Origin: Bacteriovoracia bacterium
GTDB taxonomy: Bacteria > Bdellovibrionota > Bacteriovoracia > Bacteriovoracales > Bacteriovoracaceae
Length of the DNA stretch: 64,000 nucleotides
Assembly (NCBI GenBank): GCA_046570105.1
Contig: JBKHVI010000009.1
Coordinates: 10,010 to 74,009 of the forward strand
Direction of reading: 5' to 3'
Under the pieces are notes generated by a model that saw nothing but the letters and a program-made list of their open reading frames with translations, was not told the origin of the DNA and did not search any database. Positions 29,277-38,134 of the stretch are shown piece by piece. The translations under genes and the position numbers were made by a program. Position 1 is the stretch's first letter. Every line of letters starts with the position of its first letter.

Positions 29277-30539
29277 ATGGATAAATTACTCGTCACAGGC
29301 CCTGGTCGCTTAAACGGAACTGTCACTGTATCGAGCGCTAAGAACGCGACTCTTCCGATATTGGCCGGCGCTCTTTTATTTGAAACTCCGGTGAAGCTTG
29401 CCGACATTCCTAAACTCAACGACGTCGCCACCATCATCAAGCTGCTTGAGAGCATGGGTGTAAAAGTTGAGCGTGATGGCAAGAACATGACCCTTGATAG
29501 CTCGAACGTGCATAACTTAGTCGCTGACTATGCTCTGGTTAAAACCATGCGCGCATCGGTTTTGGTTTTGGGACCACTTCTCGCGCGTTTTGGTAAAGCC
29601 AAAGTTTCTCTACCCGGCGGTTGTGCCATTGGTGCACGTCCGGTGGATATTCATCTCACCAATCTAGAAAAGATGGGTGCTAAGATTCAAATCGAGCAGG
29701 GTTATATTTTAGCCGAGTGTGAGCGCTTGCAAGGTTGTGAGTTATCACTTTCTTTCCCATCAGTCGGTGCCACTGAAAATTTAATGATGGCCGCTGTCTA
29801 CGCTGACGGTGAAACGATTATTGAAAACGCCGCTCGTGAACCAGAGATTGTCGATCTCGCTAATTTCCTCATTCACTTTGGAGTGACAGTGGAAGGTGCG
29901 GGGACTTCACGCATTCGTATAATTGGAACAAACACACAAAAGAAATATGCAGCGACGAAACCTTATCGCCCGATCGGGGATCGCATTGAAGCGGCGACGT
30001 TTATTATCGCCGGTCTCATGGCGAACTCAAATATTGTCGTGAATGGCTTTGAGCCATGGACATTAGAAGCTGTGCTTGAAACCTTAGAGAAGATGGGTGC
30101 GAAACTCACGCGTTTAGAAGACGGAGTAGAGGTTCATCCCTCAGGTCGCTTGAAAGGCGCGGTGATTGAAACAGCTCCTTTCCCAGGATTCCCAACTGAT
30201 GTTCAGGCACAGATGATGGCACTGATGTGTCTCTGTGATGGAAACTCGATTATTACAGAGCAAATTTTTGAAAATCGTTACATGCACGTACCAGAACTTA
30301 TTCGCATGGGCTGTAAAGTAACACTCAAGGGCAATGCCGCTTTGATTGAAGGTGTGGAATCACTTTCAGCTGCTCCGGTTATGTGCACCGATCTGCGCGC
30401 CTCAGCTGCATTGGTGCTGGCCGCGCTCACGGCTCATGGACAATCAGATATCCAGCGCATCTATCATCTGGATCGTGGTTATGAAGATCTTGAAGCGAAG
30501 TTTAAAGCGTTAGGTGCAAAGGTTGAGCGAGTTAAATAA
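29277..30539 (+). CDS. murA: UDP-N-acetylglucosamine 1-carboxyvinyltransferase
   Basis: KNATLPI, LPGGCAIGARP, SVGATEN, PGFPTD and DLRA motifs. Confidence 0.98.
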   Translation: MDKLLVTGPGRLNGTVTVSSAKNATLPILAGALLFETPVKLADIPKLNDVATIIKLLESMGVKVERDGKNMTLDSSNVHNLVADYALVKTMRASVLVLGPLLARFGKAKVSLPGGCAIGARPVDIHLTNLEKMGAKIQIEQGYILAECERLQGCELSLSFPSVGATENLMMAAVYADGETIIENAAREPEIVDLANFLIHFGVTVEGAGTSRIRIIGTNTQKKYAATKPYRPIGDRIEAATFIIAGLMANSNIVVNGFEPWTLEAVLETLEKMGAKLTRLEDGVEVHPSGRLKGAVIETAPFPGFPTDVQAQMMALMCLCDGNSIITEQIFENRYMHVPELIRMGCKVTLKGNAALIEGVESLSAAPVMCTDLRASAALVLAALTAHGQSDIQRIYHLDRGYEDLEAKFKALGAKVERVK

Positions 30540-30575
30540 CCCGCAACCTTTAAGCATTTGCATAAAATCCCGCTC

Positions 30576-30795
30576 CCCATTAAAATAAAAAAACTGGTGA
30601 GGGATAGAACCCCATGATGCCGGCATGGGCCCTCACCAGAAATCATCCTTACATTCATAAGGGATTTTTGATAAGGCCATAGAGCAACTCACGGGCCACC
30701 TCCTAAATTCTTAAGACATTAATTTGTTTGAACTCCGAACACTTTGCGTTGGAAAATATTCATCGCGCGATGGAAAAAAACGGACGTCAAAGCTG
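30576..30795 (-). repeat. tandem unit 1: structured sRNA / small-ORF transcription unit
   Basis: Homologous to 30817-31035 (period 240-241 bp). SD AGGAGG, GTG-start ORF 30633-30692 (MSCSMALSKIPYECKDDFW), three hairpins, and CTGGTGAGGG/CCCTCACCAG stem followed by T7 on the minus strand. Confidence 0.85.
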
Positions 30796-30816
30796 AGATT
30801 GCGCAAAATTAAATTA

Positions 30817-31035
30817 CCCCTTAAAATAAAAAAACTGGTGAGGGATAAACCCCATGGGCAGTACATGGGCCCTCACCAGAAATCATCCTTACATCCGTAA
30901 GGGATTTTTGATAAGGCCATAAAGCAACACATAGGCCACCTCCTAAATTTGTAAGCCAAAGAAAATGCAATACTTCGAATGCAATGTGTTGGAAGAAATT
31001 GACCACACGAAGGAAAAAATTGGCTAAACTAGCTC
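30817..31035 (-). repeat. tandem unit 2: structured sRNA / small-ORF transcription unit
   Basis: SD AGGAGG, ATG-start ORF 30873-30932 (MCCFMALSKIPYGCKDDFW), same hairpins and terminator as unit 1. Confidence 0.85.
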
Positions 31036-31057
31036 CATAAAATACTGAGGAGCAGTG

Positions 31058-31393
31058 ATGGACGATTGTTTGTTTTGCAAAATTTTTCAAGGCAAGATTC
31101 CCTCGAAAAAAGTCTATGAAGACGACAACGTCTTTGCTTTTTTAGACATCAATCCTTTGGCGAAAACCCATATTCTTTTTATTCATAAAAAACATACTGA
31201 AAACGTTAATGGACTCTCGACCATTCACGTGGGGCAAGTCTTCACAGCGATTAAAAATTTCACCACCGGAACTGATTTAGAAAAGAAAGGTTTCCGTGTC
31301 GTCACCAATTCAGGCGCTGATGCCTGTCAGACGGTTTTTCATGCGCACTTTCATGTCTTGGGTGGTGAGAAGCTCGGTGGCTTTGGAAAATGA
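31058..31393 (+). CDS. hinT: HIT family nucleotide-binding protein
   Basis: CLFCKI, AFLDINP and QTVFHAHFHVLGG motifs. Confidence 0.92.
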   Translation: MDDCLFCKIFQGKIPSKKVYEDDNVFAFLDINPLAKTHILFIHKKHTENVNGLSTIHVGQVFTAIKNFTTGTDLEKKGFRVVTNSGADACQTVFHAHFHVLGGEKLGGFGK

Positions 31394-32016
31394 TCACGGA
31401 CAAGCGCCGGCCGTATTTTGATTTCTTTCACGGCTTTCAATCACCGCTCTTAAATATTACCTGGGAAGTGGAAACAGAAGATTTCACTGCGAAATGTAAG
31501 CGCGAAGGTGTCTCGAGTTATCAATGGCTCGTGTATTCTCTTTGTAAGGCCTGCTTGGAAGTGGAACCATTCCTATGGCGTCTCGATGATAAAGGCGAAC
31601 CAACCAAAGTCTCAACCCTCACGCCTTCCTACACAGTCATGAAAGAAGATGGAAATTTCAATTTTTGTACGGTTCCATATCAAGCCGACTTTAAAAAGTT
31701 TATAGAAAAGAGTTTAGCGGTTAAAGAGGTGGCACAGAAACATCCGGATGGACTCACGAACGATGAGCCAGGCAGAATTGATTATCTATTTATTACATCA
31801 ATTCCGTGGATGAAGTTCACTTCGATCCAGCACCCGGTGTTTGATATTAAAAATGTGCATGTACCAAGTTTTGCTTTTGGAAAGTTTCAAGTGGAAAACG
31901 GACGTATCCGTTTCCCATTCTCAGTGCAAGGCCATCATGGCTTTATCGATGGCCTGCATATGCATCAGTTAGAAGTCGCACTAAAGAAAGCGCTCAATGC
32001 CCCTGCATCCCTTTAA
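31390..32016 (+). CDS. CatA-like O-acetyltransferase (chloramphenicol acetyltransferase fold)
   Basis: R.YFDFF, TSIPWMKFTS, FGK and HHGFIDGLH active-site motif. Confidence 0.85.
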   Translation: MITDKRRPYFDFFHGFQSPLLNITWEVETEDFTAKCKREGVSSYQWLVYSLCKACLEVEPFLWRLDDKGEPTKVSTLTPSYTVMKEDGNFNFCTVPYQADFKKFIEKSLAVKEVAQKHPDGLTNDEPGRIDYLFITSIPWMKFTSIQHPVFDIKNVHVPSFAFGKFQVENGRIRFPFSVQGHHGFIDGLHMHQLEVALKKALNAPASL

Positions 32017-32767
32017 AGAAAGCGGCAAATAAACTGCGCTGAAGTTGAGTCAGGGTGCTTGTGCGCGCCATGAAAATTAGCGGGCTTTTATCGATCATAA
32101 CGGTTGCAACAAAGCGCGCTTTTTTCTGATCCCACTCGGTCACTTCAAATTGCTCATTCCACTTGTCGAGATACTTATCCATCAAGACCGCTTCTTTGCC
32201 AGCGCCAGTGACGAAGTTGGCTTTTTTAGTGCCCGTCAAAAGTGATTGAGTAAGTTTAGGCTTCTGCTCTTTTTGGCCTTCTTCATTTTTTTGCTCGGAC
32301 TGAATTACATCGTTAAACACGATAGAGAGATCAGTGGCGCCGAGGTTGCGCTTCATCCAGTACCACATCTCTTCGAGGAAACTGATACGGTCTTTGTGCC
32401 ACAACACACGCATGTGGGTGGTGAAGGCAAAAATTTCTTCGAGAGATTGATAGTTATGTGACAGCTGCCAGCGAGAAACAACTTTTTCACCGAGCTCTTT
32501 AAATTGAAACGCCGGCATATCTTCAAACACACTGTAGCCCAGATCAAAAGTCTGACCTTCAATGATCGGGTAGTGCGATTTCTCTTTATCTAGGAGGCCC
32601 AAGAGTTGTTGGAAGTGATCAGTTTGTCCGACAAAGAGGCCTTGAAGGTTTTGATCAGGTAAATCGGTGGCATCAATCAGACGAGTTGAGACTTTATTTT
32701 GTTCCCAATCCAGATCTTTGAGCAAAATTTGAGAAGTTGAACGAACATAACCGAGAGTCAGTTGCAT
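31994..32767 (-). CDS. hypothetical protein
   Basis: 257-aa ORF with SD AAGGAG; no family recognised. Confidence 0.7.
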   Translation of the reverse strand: MQLTLGYVRSTSQILLKDLDWEQNKVSTRLIDATDLPDQNLQGLFVGQTDHFQQLLGLLDKEKSHYPIIEGQTFDLGYSVFEDMPAFQFKELGEKVVSRWQLSHNYQSLEEIFAFTTHMRVLWHKDRISFLEEMWYWMKRNLGATDLSIVFNDVIQSEQKNEEGQKEQKPKLTQSLLTGTKKANFVTGAGKEAVLMDKYLDKWNEQFEVTEWDQKKARFVATVMIDKSPLIFMARTSTLTQLQRSLFAAFFKGMQGH

Positions 32768-32797
32768 GGAGTCTCCTTAGCGCAGTATGATAGGTGT

Positions 32798-33433
32798 ATG
32801 CGCCTTGCGATACTCAGCGTAGCTATGATGGCCTTATTTGTGAACCCCGCTCGTGGGCAAGATGAACGTTTTTGGCGCAAAATGCTCTCCGGCGAGCTGA
32901 CGCGGGAAGAGGTGAAGCCTGAGCCTGAGCCAAAATGGGTTTTCGAGAGCCCGGCCTACCATTTCGACCTTAATGGCGATGGGCACGAAGAAGTCCTGAT
33001 GGTGTACAAACGCGACGGCATGGACTGGCTCGACGTCATGGGTCACGATAAAACTTCGCTCTTTAAGGGCAAACTTTGGGCGATGGGTTCCGGTTCGGGC
33101 GTCTATCGTTTGAGAATTGTCGATCTATCAGAAAAAGTCCGCGCCATCGTGATTTATTTGTATGAAGGCAAAACGGAATCCAAAAGGCTCGAGGCCAGCG
33201 CCCGTTTGTACTTTCTCACATTCGAGAACAAAGATTTTGCCACTTTTAAATTAACCGCTGGTCCGCGCTACTGGCATGAGTACGAAGGTGTGCGCGATCA
33301 ATATTGGCGTCGAATTTATAATCTCAACATCAAAGACTACGACGGAGATGGCACGAAAGATCTCGCAGTCGAGTTCAACCACATTCAATCCATCTGGCTC
33401 TATCGTGGCCAGGGTCTTTGGAAGAAAATGTGA
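32798..33433 (+). CDS. secreted protein with DxDGDG (FG-GAP-like) motifs
   Basis: Signal peptide from ATG 32798; DLNGDG and DYDGDG motifs. Confidence 0.75.
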   Translation: MRLAILSVAMMALFVNPARGQDERFWRKMLSGELTREEVKPEPEPKWVFESPAYHFDLNGDGHEEVLMVYKRDGMDWLDVMGHDKTSLFKGKLWAMGSGSGVYRLRIVDLSEKVRAIVIYLYEGKTESKRLEASARLYFLTFENKDFATFKLTAGPRYWHEYEGVRDQYWRRIYNLNIKDYDGDGTKDLAVEFNHIQSIWLYRGQGLWKKM

Positions 33434-33446
33434 TGTGTCGAATCAC

Positions 33447-33494
33447 TCAATTCACCCGTTAGAGAGAACAGAATTTACCCACGGGTGAATTTGA
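33447..33494. repeat. minimal copy of the dispersed element (arms only)
   Basis: TCAATTCACCCGT-N21-ACGGGTGAATTTGA; same arm family as 51679-51839, with a compensatory G-C to A-T change. Confidence 0.7.
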
Positions 33495-33495
33495 A

Positions 33496-33936
33496 CTAAG
33501 ACGCTTTCTTGATCTTGTCTTCGTCCGTCTTCTGCGTGCGAGTAGGCAGAGGAGTGACGTTGTCGGGAAGATCGGCGACGGCTTCGTCTTTCTTGAGGTG
33601 GCGCATGGTGAGTGACCATGTCACGACAGGAAGAGCGAGGATGACGAGTGCGCCAAACCACGCTGACAGCGGCCATGCGGAACTTGGAACAGTAGCAGTT
33701 GTTGTCGGTTTAGCCTCAGGCGCTTTACGGATTTCGACATTTGATTTTTGATCGGCCGGGCGTTCTTGGTAGCTCTTAACATCTTCTTGGAAGTTAAAGA
33801 GGGCATGGGTGCCTTCCGGCGTAACATCAGGTTCCTGATTCTCAATCCCTACAAAATCCTCAACGGCAGGACCTCTGGCATGGGTGCCAGTTAGAGTGAG
33901 AACAATAGCTAAAATCAGGAAACTTAAGGATTTCAT
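33496..33936 (-). CDS. exported protein with C-terminal TM helix
   Basis: Signal peptide MKSLSFL...THA, TM AWFGALVILALPVVTW; SD GGAGG. Confidence 0.75.
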   Translation of the reverse strand: MKSLSFLILAIVLTLTGTHARGPAVEDFVGIENQEPDVTPEGTHALFNFQEDVKSYQERPADQKSNVEIRKAPEAKPTTTATVPSSAWPLSAWFGALVILALPVVTWSLTMRHLKKDEAVADLPDNVTPLPTRTQKTDEDKIKKAS

Positions 33937-33960
33937 AGTCTTTCCTCCAGACACCCCAAC

Positions 33961-34030
33961 TTATCGTCATTTGTGGCCCGGGCCTGATAGTTATTTAAGT
34001 CTTCAAGTTTTGAGCAGGTCCTGCCGATAG
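33961..34030. promoter_or_regulatory. back-to-back sigma28-type promoters
   Basis: Plus strand TCAAGTTT-N12-GCCGATAG (34003-34030); minus strand TCAG-N15-GACGATAA (33961-33987). Confidence 0.6.
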
Positions 34031-34067
34031 AAGACAAAGGAACTCCATCTTGCTTGGGACCGAAACT

Positions 34068-34775
34068 ATGACAAAGACAGTATTTACATGGCTCTTACTC
34101 TCTACTGCTTGGGTGACCGTCGCCTGGAATTGGGGACGTTTTGACTGGTCTGTAGGTCAAAAAGTTTCACAAACTTGGGGATATGAAAAAGCTGCTCTTA
34201 AACTTGCGGCCGAAAATCGTGCACTCACGGCCAAGGTTTCATCACTTGAATACAAGTTAGGCTTACTTGAAACAGAAAAAAGTGTGCTCGCTGCTCAGGT
34301 GAAAAATCAAGGTGCCGCTCGTACGATCGCCAGTATTCCAAAACCCAAAGTAAATGATCTCGTGAACTATGATGTTTACCGTTGGACCCCAGAGAAACTT
34401 TTAGCGATTGGTGAAAAAGAACTTCATTTTAAAAACTACGCTAAGAGTGCTCAGTTCTATCACGAATTGGTGAAGCGTTTTCCGGAGAGCAAACTCGTCT
34501 CTGATAAAACGCTCTTTGGTGCCGGCATTGCGGCCTACGAAGCCAAACAGCATGACTGGGCGATTCAGCATCTTTCATTGCTGGTTGAGAAATATCCTAA
34601 ATCGACATTTTATCGTGGTGCCAAGCTATGGCTGGCCTTATCTGAATACAACACAGGTAACCATCGTAAGTTTGCAAGCACGGTTGAAGAGTTCCGTTTG
34701 AAATATCGCAACACCGAAGAATGGAAAATATTGAGTAAATACTATGAAGACATCAATTACAAATTCAAAAAATAG
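34068..34775 (+). CDS. membrane-anchored coiled-coil plus TPR protein (CpoB/YbgF-like architecture)
   Basis: N-terminal TM, coiled coil, TPR with LVKRFPES and LVEKYPKS patterns. Confidence 0.75.
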   Translation: MTKTVFTWLLLSTAWVTVAWNWGRFDWSVGQKVSQTWGYEKAALKLAAENRALTAKVSSLEYKLGLLETEKSVLAAQVKNQGAARTIASIPKPKVNDLVNYDVYRWTPEKLLAIGEKELHFKNYAKSAQFYHELVKRFPESKLVSDKTLFGAGIAAYEAKQHDWAIQHLSLLVEKYPKSTFYRGAKLWLALSEYNTGNHRKFASTVEEFRLKYRNTEEWKILSKYYEDINYKFKK

Positions 34776-35757
34776 TTTCTTCTTCCTCGCACTCTTTCTC
34801 TTGCCTGGTTTGGTTCATGCCAAGCTTGTTGGGAAAGTTCATGCCGTGAAAGGAGAGTCGTTTGCACTTATCGACGGTAAAACCCAGCGTCTGGTTAAAG
34901 ACATGGATATCGCGGATGGTGCGCAATTGATGGTGAGTGACGACTCACAAGTTACAATTGGTGATTTTTATGATCGCCGTTTTCATCTTCTAGGTGGCTC
35001 ACATTTTGTTATGAGTGATCGTTCGCATGTGTTGCAGAAAGGTGGTCTATGGTCACAGGCGCATGCCTCAAAGGCGAGTGTCAGTGTGAGTACTGCTAAT
35101 CTTCTCATGAATGCTTATCAAGCCGAATACATCGTGACTTACGATCCTATTAGCAAGAAAGGTCAGTTGAGTGTGATCAACGGTGAAGTCGATGTGGCGA
35201 GTCCGATGGAGCCAGCTTTCCGTTATGCGATTGTGGCCGGTCAATTCACGACAGCTCACCCTGAAGTTGATGAAGGCTATCCTCGTGCCCCAACGAAATT
35301 GGGTCAGGATTCACTCATGAAAATGGTCGCTCAGTTCCCAGGCATCAAGTCTTGGGATGCCGGTGTTGCCCATGTGCAAACGCAAAAAGCCGCTCGAGGG
35401 ATTGCTTCGGCCCAGGAATCTAGTCCCAAGGCGGGCGAAATTATCTATATGAAGACCTATCAAGGTGCCCAAAGAGTACCTGCTTCGGCCTCAGGTGAGG
35501 CCCAGAAGTACTACTTGAAGCTTCGCTCAAAGCCAGTGAAGCAAGGAACTGTCGCTAAAGTTAGGGTACTAGGTTATCAAGAGGTTACAAAAACGACCTC
35601 GCGCAACCCTGCGTCAGCAGGCAAAGCCCAAACTAAAGATGCTCAGAAAAGCGTCAAGAGTTCGGAATTTCTTAAGTCTTACGAGGTACATCAGCAGAAA
35701 CAGCCGGTGTATTCTAAAGAAGTGCAAAGATTAATTGACGATCTTAAGAGCTACTAA
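34744..35757 (+). CDS. exported FecR-like domain protein
   Basis: Signal peptide ..VHA; VHAVKG...SQVTI...LSVINGEVDV FecR-like beta pattern; low-complexity tail. Confidence 0.65.
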   Translation: MKTSITNSKNSFFFLALFLLPGLVHAKLVGKVHAVKGESFALIDGKTQRLVKDMDIADGAQLMVSDDSQVTIGDFYDRRFHLLGGSHFVMSDRSHVLQKGGLWSQAHASKASVSVSTANLLMNAYQAEYIVTYDPISKKGQLSVINGEVDVASPMEPAFRYAIVAGQFTTAHPEVDEGYPRAPTKLGQDSLMKMVAQFPGIKSWDAGVAHVQTQKAARGIASAQESSPKAGEIIYMKTYQGAQRVPASASGEAQKYYLKLRSKPVKQGTVAKVRVLGYQEVTKTTSRNPASAGKAQTKDAQKSVKSSEFLKSYEVHQQKQPVYSKEVQRLIDDLKSY

Positions 35758-35919
35758 ATATCGTACTGGTATTTGACACCCCAAACACTCTTCAGCAAAA
35801 CTGAAGAGTATCAACCACTTCCCAGTCTTAAAGTCCTCTTTTCAATCTCAAGATAACTTCAGTTAACGCCTTTCCCTAACTTTGTTTAGAATGAGCCTTA
35901 AGACAAAGGGAGACGTGTT

Positions 35920-36582
35920 ATGCACGTGACTATTATCGACGACAACAGAGATGTGCTCGAGACCTATAAAACGGCTCTCGAGGGCAAGTTTAGTTGTGAA
36001 ACATTTTTCGAACCAGAGCGCGCGATTGATTTTGTTAAACACAATCACACTGATGCGGTCTTGTTGGATTTACATATTCCACAGAAAGATGGTTTTCAAG
36101 TTTACGAAGAAATCCGTCGTGCTAAAAGTTTTGTCCCTATTCTCTTCTTAACCGGTGACGGAACATTACCAGCGAAACTTCGTGGTCTTGAAATGGGTGT
36201 TGATGATTTCATCACGAAGCCTGTTGAGATCGAAGAGTTGGCTGCGCGTATTCGCAATCGTGTTCAATTGACGAAGAAAAATTTCCATTTGAATAAAACG
36301 ATTCAGTTTAAAGACCTGGTGATTGATCTCGATGCTCATCAAGTCATGCAAGGTGGTCACCCGGTGAAGCTCACCCCTAAAGAGTACCAGTTGCTCTTGG
36401 TGCTGGCGCAGAACCCGAATCGCGTGATTCACAAGGACGACCTTCTAACGATGTTGTGGAAAGATGTGCATGTTGAGGTCAATAACCTTGATACTCACTT
36501 CTCTAATCTTCGCCGTAAGCTCAAACCGTTCTCAAACCACGTCAAAACCCTGAAAAATTTAGGGTATGTGCTCCGCATATAG
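35920..36582 (+). CDS. OmpR/PhoB-family response regulator (no kinase in window)
   Basis: IIDD, LLDLHIP..DG, DDFITKP and LTPKEYQLL winged-helix motifs. Confidence 0.93.
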   Translation: MHVTIIDDNRDVLETYKTALEGKFSCETFFEPERAIDFVKHNHTDAVLLDLHIPQKDGFQVYEEIRRAKSFVPILFLTGDGTLPAKLRGLEMGVDDFITKPVEIEELAARIRNRVQLTKKNFHLNKTIQFKDLVIDLDAHQVMQGGHPVKLTPKEYQLLLVLAQNPNRVIHKDDLLTMLWKDVHVEVNNLDTHFSNLRRKLKPFSNHVKTLKNLGYVLRI

Positions 36583-36661
36583 GGAATAAGCTCCCTTTCT
36601 CTTGCTAAAGCCTCTCTGAATGGCCATAACTTTAAGGCATATCACTTCAAAGGGTATGCCC

Positions 36662-38125
36662 ATGTTTTATTCCCAAACAGATGCTTTAACTTATGACGAC
36701 GTTTTGTTGGTGCCCGGCTATTCCGAGGTTCTGCCATCAGACGTTGACCTCAAATCTCGCTTCTCGCGCAACATTACGGTGAATCTACCGATCGTCTCTT
36801 CGGCGATGGATACTGTCACAGAATCTCGCACGGCGATTGTCATGGCCCAAGAAGGTGGCCTCGGTGTGATTCATAAAAACTTCAAGCCCGACGAACAGGC
36901 CTTTGAAGTTGAGAAAGTAAAAAAATACGAATCGGGCATGGTGGTTGATCCATTTACTGCCCACCCTGATCAAACACTTTCAACCGTGTTTGATATGATG
37001 AAAAAATATAAGATCAGCGGCTTCCCAGTGGTCGATGATCAAAAACGCTTAGTCGGAATGATCACCAATCGTGATCTGCGTTTCCAAAACGATGGCTCGA
37101 AAAAAGTTCGTGATGTCATGACCGCGAAAGACATCATCACCACTCACGAAGGCACAAGCTTCGAAGACGCTAAAAAAGTTCTGCAAGAACATCGCATCGA
37201 AAAACTTCCCGTCGTTGATAAGAGCGGAGTCTTAAAAGGGCTCATCACTGTCAGCGATATCGAAAAAACCATTCAGTATCCGAACTCCAACAAAGATGCC
37301 CTTGGGCGTTTGCGTGTGGCCGCTGCCATGGGAGTGGGTGATAAAGAACTCAAACGCGCTGAACTGCTTATTAAAGCTGGAGTTGATGCTCTGGTGATTG
37401 ATACGGCTCATGGACACTCAAAAGGTGTCATTGAAATGGTGAAGCTCGTTAAAGCCATGAGCAAAACAGTGGATGTGGTCGCCGGAAACGTCGCCACTGC
37501 GAAAGCTTGTGAGGATCTCATCAAGGCCGGCGTCGATGGTATCAAAATCGGTATCGGTCCAGGTTCAATTTGTACCACTCGCGTAATCGCTGGGATTGGT
37601 GTTCCACAAATGCAAGCTCTCTTGGATTCTCGTGAAGTGTGCGAGAAGGCGGGCGTTCCATTTATCGCTGATGGTGGCATTAAGTATTCTGGTGACATCG
37701 TTAAGGCCCTTGCTAGCGGTGCCGGCTGTGTGATGATCGGCTCGCTCTTTGCTGGCACTGATGAAGCTCCCGGTGAGATGGTCTTGTATCAAGGTCGCGC
37801 TTATAAAATTTATCGCGGCATGGGTTCAATGGGCGCCATGGAGCGTGGCTCGAAAGATCGCTACGGCCAAGGGGCGGTAGAAGAAGTTTCAAAACTTGTT
37901 CCAGAAGGCATTGAAGGCCAAGTTCCTTACCGTGGTCCACTCTCGCAAAACTTATTCCAGCTCGCTGGTGGTATTCGCGCAGGTATGGGCTATGTCGGCT
38001 CGAAAGATATCAAAGAGCTGAGAGAAAAAGCGCGCTTCCTACGTATTACGGGGGCCTCTCTCAAAGAGAGTCATCCTCATGATATTACCATCACGAAAGA
38101 AGCTCCTAACTATCGCCAGTCATAA
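36662..38125 (+). CDS. guaB: IMP dehydrogenase
   Basis: [19 protein letters not shown] pair, [11 protein letters not shown] and YRGMGS motifs. Confidence 0.98.
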   Translation: MFYSQTDALTYDDVLLVPGYSEVLPSDVDLKSRFSRNITVNLPIVSSAMDTVTESRTAIVMAQEGGLGVIHKNFKPDEQAFEVEKVKKYESGMVVDPFTAHPDQTLSTVFDMMKKYKISGFPVVDDQKRLVGMITNRDLRFQNDGSKKVRDVMTAKDIITTHEGTSFEDAKKVLQEHRIEKLPVVDKSGVLKGLITVSDIEKTIQYPNSNKDALGRLRVAAAMGVGDKELKRAELLIKAGVDALVIDTAHGHSKGVIEMVKLVKAMSKTVDVVAGNVATAKACEDLIKAGVDGIKIGIGPGSICTTRVIAGIGVPQMQALLDSREVCEKAGVPFIADGGIKYSGDIVKALASGAGCVMIGSLFAGTDEAPGEMVLYQGRAYKIYRGMGSMGAMERGSKDRYGQGAVEEVSKLVPEGIEGQVPYRGPLSQNLFQLAGGIRAGMGYVGSKDIKELREKARFLRITGASLKESHPHDITITKEAPNYRQS

Positions 38126-38134
38126 AGGTCAATC

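Noticed and set aside
30880..30905. CsrB/RsmZ-type sRNA (GGA in a hairpin loop)
   Set aside because: The loop GGAT in unit 2 is GAAT in unit 1, and there are too few GGA loops.
30576..31035. CRISPR array reading of the tandem repeats
   Set aside because: Only two units of about 240 bp, no short repeat-spacer periodicity, and no cas genes.
30821..31090. 89-aa minus-strand ORF through repeat unit 2
   Set aside because: The same frame has a stop (TGA) in unit 1, and the ORF overlaps the hinT start.
35788..35810. ACTCTTCAG-CAAAA-CTGAAGAGT hairpin
   Set aside because: No U-tract and no second copy; it may be a weak terminator or operator but cannot be supported further.
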